DNA from: Gemmatimonadales bacterium
GTDB taxonomy: Bacteria; Gemmatimonadota; Gemmatimonadetes; Gemmatimonadales; GWC2-71-9
DNA length: 64,000 nt
Direction of reading: 5' to 3'
Assembly: GCA_035500495.1 (NCBI GenBank)
Contig: DATJXC010000008.1
Location: 19,150-83,149, forward strand
Shown: one piece after another, positions 55,784 to 61,899 of the stretch
Layout of the letters: each line of letters starts with the position of its first letter
Position numbering within the stretch: position 1 is the stretch's first letter
The notes under the pieces: generated by a model
Told to the model about the DNA's origin: nothing
What the model saw: only the letters and a program-made list of their open reading frames with translations
The model's database searches: none
Position numbers and translations under genes: made by a program

Positions 55784-58192
55784 ATGCCGCCGGTCCCCAC
55801 GTACGATCCGCAGGCCATCGAGGCCACCTGGCAGCAGCGCTGGGCCGAGGGCCACATGAACGAGCCGGATCTCGATCATCCGAGGCGGCCGTTCTTCAAC
55901 CTCATGATGTTCCCCTACCCGTCGGCCGAGGGGCTGCACGTCGGCAACCTGTTCGCGTTCACCGGTGCGGACATCTACGGGCGGTTCAAGCGGCTCCAGG
56001 GGTTCGACGTGTTTCAGCCGATGGGGTTCGATGCCTTCGGGATCCACTCGGAGAATTTCGCGCTGGCCACGGGCACCCATCCGTCCCTGCTGATCCCGAA
56101 GAACATCGAGAACTTCCGCCGCCAGCTGCGGCGCTTCGGGGGGATGTTCGACTGGCGCCACGAGCTGGCGACGACCGATCCGGCCTACTACAAATGGACC
56201 CAGTGGCTGTTCCTGCAGCTCTACAACGCCGGCCTCGCCTACAAGAAGCGGGCGGCGGTGAACTGGTGCCCCAGGGACAAGACCGTGCTCGCCAACGAGC
56301 AGGTCATCAATGGACACTGCGAGCGGTGTGACGCGCTCGTGGAGCAGCGCTTTCTCGATCAGTGGTTCTTCCGGATCACCGACTTCGCCGAGCGTCTGCT
56401 CAGCGACCTCGACACCCTCGATTGGTCGGCGTCCACGGTCGCGCTGCAACGCAACTGGATCGGCCGCAGCACGGGGGCCGAGCTTGCCTTCGAGACCCCG
56501 GCGGGGACGCGGATCGCGGTGTTCACGACGCGCCCCGATACGATTTTCGGGGCCACCTACCTGGTGCTCGCCCCGGAACACCCGCTGGTCGAGGAGCTGA
56601 CGGCGGCCGAGCAAAAGACGGCCGTCAAGGCGTACCAGCGGGACGTCCAGGCCAGAGACGTAGTCTCCCGCCGGGTCGGCGACAAGACCAAGACGGGCGT
56701 GTTTCTCGGCTCCTATGCCCGGAATCCCGCCACGGGGGACGGGATCCCCGTCTGGATCGCTGATTACGTGCTGATGGAGTACGGCACCGGGGCGATCATG
56801 GCGGTCCCCGGGCACGACAAGCGGGATCACGAATTCGCCACCCAGTTCCAGCTGCCGATCCGCCAGGTCGTGCAGGTCCCGGGCGAGCCGCTGCCGTCGG
56901 TTTCCGAAGAGGGCACCCTCGTCAACTCCGGGTCGTTCGACGGGTTGTCGTGTCGGGAGGGGGCGCGCCGCATCGTGGCCTGGCTCGAGCAGAAGGGTGC
57001 GGCGACGTCGCGGGTCCAGTACCGGATTCATGACTGGTGCATCTCCCGCCAGCGCTACTGGGGGCCGCCGATCCCCATCATTTACTGTGACGGCTGCGGC
57101 ACCGTCCCCGTCCCCGAGCAGGATCTCCCGGTGGTGCTGCCGGCCATCGAGGACTTCAAGCCCGATGACACCGGCGTCTCGCCGCTGGCGCGACACGCCG
57201 AGTGGTATTTCGTGAAGTGCCCACGCTGCGGGAAACAGGGCCGCCGCGAGACCGACGTCTCGGACACCTTCCTGGACTCGTCCTGGTATTTCCTGCGCTA
57301 TCCCTCCACTGAATTCGCGGATCGGGCATTCGACCCGGCGCGCACCAAGACCTGGCTTCCCGTCACCTCTTACATCGGCGGGAACGAGCACGCCGTGCTG
57401 CACCTGCTCTACTCCCGCTTCATCACCATGGTGCTGCACGACCAGGGGATGCTGGGCTTCGATGAGCCGTTCCCCCGGTTTCGGGCCCACGGTCTGATCA
57501 TCAAGGACGGCGCCAAGATGTCCAAGTCGCGGGGCAACGTCGTCGTCCCCGATGCCTACATCAAACGCTGGGGGGCGGATGCCTTCCGGATGTACCTGAT
57601 GTTCCTTGGGCCGTTTCAGGAAGGGGGCGACTTCCGCGACGAAGGAATCACGGGAATCCGGCGCTTTCTCGATAAGGTGTGGGTACTCACTCATGAGGCA
57701 TTACAGGCCGCTCCGGCGGAATTGCCACCCCCGGTCGTCCGCAAGCTCCATGAGACGATTCGCAAAGTCACGGCGGACACCGAGAGTCTCGACTACAACA
57801 CCGCCATCGCGGCGATGATGGAGTACGTCAACGAACTGCGCGGTGCGAAGTGCGAAGTGCGAAGTGCCGTGGAGCCGCTGGTCGTCATGCTGGCACCGTA
57901 CGCTCCTCACATGGCCGAGGAGCTGTGGTCAGCGCTCGGCGGGAAGGGTCGTTCCGTGCTCGACCAGGCGTGGCCCAGTTACGATGAAAAGCTGGCTGCG
58001 GCCGGAGACGTAGAGATCGCGGTGCAGGTGAACGGCAAGCTGCGCGGCCGGCTGATGGTGCACCGGGGCACGGGCCAGCAGGAGGTCGTGACCCGGGCTC
58101 AATCCGACGAGAGCGTGAAGCGGTTCGTCGATGGCAAGGAAATCAGAAAAGTGGTGTTTGTTCCGGATCGGTTGGTGAATCTGGTGGTGTGA
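55784..58192 (+). CDS. leuS: Leucyl-tRNA synthetase
   Basis: 802-aa class I aaRS with PYPSAEGLHVGN (HIGH-type) and KMSKSRGN (KMSKS), plus a CP1 editing domain. Confidence 0.97.
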   Translation: MPPVPTYDPQAIEATWQQRWAEGHMNEPDLDHPRRPFFNLMMFPYPSAEGLHVGNLFAFTGADIYGRFKRLQGFDVFQPMGFDAFGIHSENFALATGTHPSLLIPKNIENFRRQLRRFGGMFDWRHELATTDPAYYKWTQWLFLQLYNAGLAYKKRAAVNWCPRDKTVLANEQVINGHCERCDALVEQRFLDQWFFRITDFAERLLSDLDTLDWSASTVALQRNWIGRSTGAELAFETPAGTRIAVFTTRPDTIFGATYLVLAPEHPLVEELTAAEQKTAVKAYQRDVQARDVVSRRVGDKTKTGVFLGSYARNPATGDGIPVWIADYVLMEYGTGAIMAVPGHDKRDHEFATQFQLPIRQVVQVPGEPLPSVSEEGTLVNSGSFDGLSCREGARRIVAWLEQKGAATSRVQYRIHDWCISRQRYWGPPIPIIYCDGCGTVPVPEQDLPVVLPAIEDFKPDDTGVSPLARHAEWYFVKCPRCGKQGRRETDVSDTFLDSSWYFLRYPSTEFADRAFDPARTKTWLPVTSYIGGNEHAVLHLLYSRFITMVLHDQGMLGFDEPFPRFRAHGLIIKDGAKMSKSRGNVVVPDAYIKRWGADAFRMYLMFLGPFQEGGDFRDEGITGIRRFLDKVWVLTHEALQAAPAELPPPVVRKLHETIRKVTADTESLDYNTAIAAMMEYVNELRGAKCEVRSAVEPLVVMLAPYAPHMAEELWSALGGKGRSVLDQAWPSYDEKLAAAGDVEIAVQVNGKLRGRLMVHRGTGQQEVVTRAQSDESVKRFVDGKEIRKVVFVPDRLVNLVV
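57843..57868. repeat. Tandem heptamer array (GTGCGAA x3 + GTGCC) inside the leuS coding sequence
   Basis: gtgcgaa gtgcgaa gtgcgaa gtgcc encodes G-AKCEVRS-A in a length-variable surface region preceding the conserved LAPYAPH segment. The unit is the same as at 4694-4784 and 43190-43217. Confidence 0.85.
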
Positions 58193-58271
58193 TTGCGGAT
58201 TGTGGATTGCGACTTGCGGATTGAGATGACCCACCATTGGAATCCGCAATCCGCAATCCGCAATCCGCAAT
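58192..58271. repeat. Inverted tandem-heptamer hairpin element: (ATTGCGG-like)4 + 17-nt loop + (AATCCGC)4
   Basis: Left arm is attgcgg attgtgg attgcga cttgcgg attg. Right arm has four perfect aatccgc units plus aat. It begins at the last base of the leuS TGA and ends 1 nt before the stop of convergent gene 58273..59385. Confidence 0.9.
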
Positions 58272-58272
58272 G

Positions 58273-59385
58273 TCAGAGCAGTTTCCCAACCAGCCCCCCC
58301 ACCACATACCCCACCCCCGCCACCCCCAGCCCCACGACGAACATGTCGATCCCGCTGCGGAAGATGCCCCGGCCGGTGAAGAAGCTGCGCGCCGCTCCTA
58401 CAATGAAATGTGACCCCATCGCGATCGTAAACGCGGTCCATACCGCCGCCTGGCCCTGCAGCACCAGGAACGGCGCCACCGGGATGAAGGCGCCTACGGC
58501 CGTCGCCACTCCCGTGATCCACCCTTCTTTGAGCGGGGTCGAGCGTGCGGCCCCGATCTTCAGCTCTTCGCGCACCTGCTCCTCGAGCGCCCGCTTCGGA
58601 TCCTTCATCACCTCGGCGGCCATTTCGCGCGCGCGGCCGGGTTCGATTCCCTTGGCCTCGTAGACGAGTGCCAGCTCCTCCGCCTCGACCTCCGGCATCA
58701 GCCGCAGCTCTTCCTGCTCCATCGCGATCTCGTGCGCGTAGACCTCTTGCTCGCTCTTGGCCGCGAGGTAACCGGACGAGCCCATCGACAGGGCATCGGC
58801 GAGCATTCCTGAGACGCCGGAGATTAGGATCACATGCGGCTGCACCGCGGCGCCGATCACCCCTGCGACGAGCCCGAAGTTGGCCGTCAGCCCGTCGTTG
58901 AAGCCGTAGACCACGCTGCGCAGGAACCCACCCGACTCGGTCTTGTGCCATGGCTCGGCCCCGTCGCCGGTGAGCCCGGCCAGCGTCTCCGCGTGGGCCG
59001 CGGATTCCTTGGCCAGGGTCAGGGACACCGCCCGGGCGGCCTCCCCGCGCGACTCCCGGTGCAGGTCGATATAGCCCTTCACCTCGCGCCCTTCTTCGCG
59101 CAACAGCAAGGGAAGCAGGTACTGCGTCCCGATGCGCCGCCCCAACCAGGCGCGAAGCCGCGCGTTGAAAGACGGGGGGGCGCCCCCAGCCGGCATCGCG
59201 TGGCCGTTGTCGGCGAGGAGTTTGGCCCACAGGGCGGTGTGCCGCCGTTCGACGTCGGCCAGCTTTTCGTAGGTAACTTTGCGCTTCGGATCGGCTTCCT
59301 GGTTCGCCAGCACCGCGTAGAGAAACGCCGCGTCGGACTCGTCCTGGTAGTGGTGCAGCCAGGTTTTGAGGCTCGTGTCAGGCAT
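58273..59385 (-). CDS. VIT1/CCC1-family iron/manganese transporter with an N-terminal ferritin-like (rubrerythrin-type) domain
   Basis: The N-terminal approximately 150 aa are ferritin-like helices (DESDAAFLYAVLA...ERRHTALW). The C-terminal VIT1 membrane domain contains GFNDGLTANFGLVAGV and SMGSSGYLA. Confidence 0.8.
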   Translation of the reverse strand: MPDTSLKTWLHHYQDESDAAFLYAVLANQEADPKRKVTYEKLADVERRHTALWAKLLADNGHAMPAGGAPPSFNARLRAWLGRRIGTQYLLPLLLREEGREVKGYIDLHRESRGEAARAVSLTLAKESAAHAETLAGLTGDGAEPWHKTESGGFLRSVVYGFNDGLTANFGLVAGVIGAAVQPHVILISGVSGMLADALSMGSSGYLAAKSEQEVYAHEIAMEQEELRLMPEVEAEELALVYEAKGIEPGRAREMAAEVMKDPKRALEEQVREELKIGAARSTPLKEGWITGVATAVGAFIPVAPFLVLQGQAAVWTAFTIAMGSHFIVGAARSFFTGRGIFRSGIDMFVVGLGVAGVGYVVGGLVGKLL

Positions 59386-59418
59386 GAAAGCAAGATAGGG
59401 GGCCGGAGGGCAAGTTAC

Positions 59419-59490
59419 TAGCTGGCAATACGTTACACTTAGCTGTCAGGTCTCACCCTTCAGCGGTCAGCTAAGCTGATAGCTGACAGC
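59419..59490. promoter_or_regulatory. Cluster of four TAGCTGNCAG-like motifs (three direct, one inverted) in a divergent promoter region
   Basis: TAGCTGGCAA 59419-28, TAGCTGTCAG 59440-49, cggtcagcta 59464-73 (rc TAGCTGACCG) and TAGCTGACAG 59480-89. The last two form an 11-nt-arm palindrome around AGCTGA. Direct copies start 21 and 40 bp apart. Confidence 0.45.
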
Positions 59491-59542
59491 CGATACCTGA
59501 AAGCAGAGTGCGACCATTTCTGTAGTACAGACATCTCAAACT

Positions 59543-60088
59543 ATGGACTGCATGACACTTTCGATCCCCGTGCCCGACCTCTTGGTGGCGCGCGCCAAGG
59601 CCGGAGACCTCGAGGCACTCGAGGGGCTGTATCGCGCCTTCGAGACCCCGGTCTACAACCTGGCGCGGCGGATGCTCCGCCACCCGGAAGATGCCGAGGA
59701 CGTGTTGCAGGAGACGTTCCTGGAAGTGGTGAAAAGCATCAGACAGTATCGCGGGGATGGACATCTGTGGGGCTGGATCCGGCAGATCGCCGCATCCAAG
59801 GCGTTGATGCGGTTGCGCCGGGAGAAGCTCCGGGCCACCGAAGTGCTGGAGGAGCACACCGCGGGCGGACCGCCGGCGGCCGTGGGTTCCCGGATCGATC
59901 TCGAGAAAGCGTTCGAGCAGTTGTCCGATGTTTCCCGGGCGGTGGTGTGGCTCCACGACGTCGAAGGCTTCACGCATGAGGAGATCGCGGAGCGTATGGG
60001 CAAGACGGTGAGTTTTTCGAAGTCGCAGTTGGCGCGTGCGCATGCCAGAATGCGGGCTCTGCTCGCCGCCGAAGGAGGAGACGCGTGA
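59543..60088 (+). CDS. ECF-type RNA polymerase sigma factor (sigma-70 family)
   Basis: Region 2 (VYNLARRMLRHPEDAEDVLQETFLEV) and region 4 HTH (VVWLHDVEGFTHEEIAERMGKTVSFSKSQLARA). Confidence 0.9.
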   Translation: MDCMTLSIPVPDLLVARAKAGDLEALEGLYRAFETPVYNLARRMLRHPEDAEDVLQETFLEVVKSIRQYRGDGHLWGWIRQIAASKALMRLRREKLRATEVLEEHTAGGPPAAVGSRIDLEKAFEQLSDVSRAVVWLHDVEGFTHEEIAERMGKTVSFSKSQLARAHARMRALLAAEGGDA

Positions 60089-60660
60089 TGCATTGCACGA
60101 TGGACGAGTTGCTGGCGCTGCGCAGCGGCGACGGATCGGTGTGGGCGCGGCAGCACATCGAGAGCTGCGAGGCCTGCCGCGCCGAGCTCGACGCGGTGTA
60201 TCAGCGCGTCGCGGGGCTCAAAGCCCTGCCGGCGCTGCGACCGCCGCGGGACCGCTGGTCGTCGGTTCGCGCCGTGATCGTGGCCGACCGGGCCCACCGC
60301 CGGCGGCGCTGGACCGGCCTGGCGCTCGCGGCCGCGGCGGGCCTCGCCGGCATTCTCGTGATCCGACCGATCATGGGTGACAAGGTGTACGCCGAGGAGC
60401 TGGCACAGGCCAAACAGCAGTCGGCCCAGCTCGAGTCGACCTTGCGGAACTATGACAGCGATAGCCGTGTGGTGAGCGGACGATCCGCGGCGCTCTGCGC
60501 GCAGCTGGAGGAGCAGATCGCCCAGCTCGATGGGCAGCTCACGCAGTCGGCGATCGCGGCGCAGGACCGCGCGCTCCTCGATTTGTGGCGTCAGCGGGTG
60601 GATCTGATGCAGCAGCTGGTTGCGGTGCGCGTCACGCGCGCCGCTTACGTCGGACTCTGA
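60085..60660 (+). CDS. Anti-sigma factor (zf-HC2 type, single TM)
   Basis: H-x3-C-x2-C motif (HIESCEAC), a TM segment (WTGLALAAAAGLAGILVI), and a 4-nt overlap with the sigma gene. Confidence 0.75.
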   Translation: MMHCTMDELLALRSGDGSVWARQHIESCEACRAELDAVYQRVAGLKALPALRPPRDRWSSVRAVIVADRAHRRRRWTGLALAAAAGLAGILVIRPIMGDKVYAEELAQAKQQSAQLESTLRNYDSDSRVVSGRSAALCAQLEEQIAQLDGQLTQSAIAAQDRALLDLWRQRVDLMQQLVAVRVTRAAYVGL

Positions 60661-60689
60661 CCGAGCTTGGAAAGGACAGGCACCGAATC

Positions 60690-61742
60690 ATGAATCGTCA
60701 TTGGATGTGGGCGGCCGTGGGGTTGGCCACGCTGGCGACGGGCCTCGCAGCCCAGGAGCCCCCCCCCAAGCCGCGGCGCGCCCCCACGGCCCAGGCGGAA
60801 CCGCGGGGGTACAGCTTCTCCTACGGCGGCAATCGCGGACGGATCGGGGTCATCGTCAACACCGCCGCCAACGCCGAAACCGACAAACTCGGTGCCCGGA
60901 TCGATGCGATCACGCCCGGGGGCCCGGCGGAGAAGGCCGGTCTCAAGGCGGGGGACGTCATCACCAAGTTCAACGGCACGTCGCTCGCCGGCGTGGCCGC
61001 GGAAGAAGAGGACCAGTCGGGCCCCGGGATGAAGCTGATCAACCTGGCCCACGCGCTCGACCCCGGCGACACGGTCCGGGTGGAATACCGCCGCGGCACC
61101 GCGGGCAAGACGGCGACGTTCGTCGCCGAAGAGATCAATGACGCGGTCATGACCGACGTCATGCCGCCGGGGGGGCGCGTGTTCGTGGAGCCGCGGATGG
61201 TGCTGCCACGCACCCCGATGCCCATGGGGATGGGCGAGCACGGGGAGTTCTCGTTCTGCTTCGGGGACAGTTGGTGCGACCTGGATCTCGTGAAGCTGAA
61301 CCCGGATCTGGGCGACTACTTCGGCTCGCCTGACGGGATTCTGGTCGTGAAGGCGCCGGCGGATTCGGCGCTGCCGCTCAAAGGCGGGGACGTGATTCTG
61401 GCGATCGGCGGCCGCAAACCCACCAACCCCGCGCACGCCATGCGGATCCTGCGGTCCTACGAGGCCGGAGAGACGGTGACCATCGACGTGCTGCGCAAGC
61501 AGAAGCGCCTCTCGCTCACCTACAAGGTTCCCGAAGCGCGTCGCAGCTGGTGGCGTGATAACGGGCCCGGTGATCAAAGCCTGCGGCGGATGCTCGAGGA
61601 TGCCCAGAGCGCCTGGCGCGTGGCACAGCGTCAATTCACACAGCAGCTGCACGAGACCATCGGTGCGCAGGTGGACCGCCAGCTGCTCGAGGCCACGCGC
61701 ACCCTCCGATCGATGCGGGTGCGGCGGAGCGTATCGCTCTGA
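60690..61742 (+). CDS. Secreted tandem-PDZ domain protein (no protease domain)
   Basis: Signal peptide MNRHWMWAAVGLATLATGLAAQE and two PDZ-like modules (ITPGGPAEKAGLKAGDVITKFNG; PADSALPLKGGDVILAIGG). Start moved to ATG 60690. Confidence 0.75.
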   Translation: MNRHWMWAAVGLATLATGLAAQEPPPKPRRAPTAQAEPRGYSFSYGGNRGRIGVIVNTAANAETDKLGARIDAITPGGPAEKAGLKAGDVITKFNGTSLAGVAAEEEDQSGPGMKLINLAHALDPGDTVRVEYRRGTAGKTATFVAEEINDAVMTDVMPPGGRVFVEPRMVLPRTPMPMGMGEHGEFSFCFGDSWCDLDLVKLNPDLGDYFGSPDGILVVKAPADSALPLKGGDVILAIGGRKPTNPAHAMRILRSYEAGETVTIDVLRKQKRLSLTYKVPEARRSWWRDNGPGDQSLRRMLEDAQSAWRVAQRQFTQQLHETIGAQVDRQLLEATRTLRSMRVRRSVSL

Positions 61743-61803
61743 AACGGGAAACGAAACGAACGACGGGGACCAGGCGTAGGTAACCGGTCACGCGTTGTTG
61801 TCG

Positions 61804-61858
61804 AAGAACAAGGAGCAGGGAGTACGCCCCCTCAGCGTGCCGACTGCTCCTTGGTCTT
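61804..61858. repeat. Hairpin (15-nt arms, 14/15 complementary, 25-nt loop) followed by TTTT; probable terminator for the PDZ gene, built from heptamer-like units
   Basis: aagaacaaggagcag (61804-18) pairs with ctgctccttggtctt (61844-58), then tt. Confidence 0.6.
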
Positions 61859-61861
61859 TTC

Positions 61862-61899
61862 CCCCTGTCGAGCTCGCCCTCTCCCTGCTCCCCGCTCCC
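61862..61899. repeat. C-rich period-7 array (cctctcc ctgctcc ccgctcc ...) abutting the stop codon of the M14 peptidase gene
   Basis: CTCC recurs at 61881, 61888 and 61895 (period 7). The complement reads GGGAGCG GGGAGCA GGGAGAG, related to the GGGGAGA unit. Confidence 0.55.

Noticed and set aside
50597-57694. Minus-strand ORFs 50597..51886, 51664..53400 and 55736..57694, and plus-strand ORFs 53714..55186 and similar
   Set aside because: They are antisense to the aminotransferase, serA, leuS and MCP genes respectively and carry no motifs. They are shadows.
4694-58271. Possibility that the repeat arrays are CRISPR arrays
   Set aside because: The units are 7 nt and directly tandem with no spacers between units. 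The arrays span only 20-35 nt per arm, and there are no cas genes in the window.
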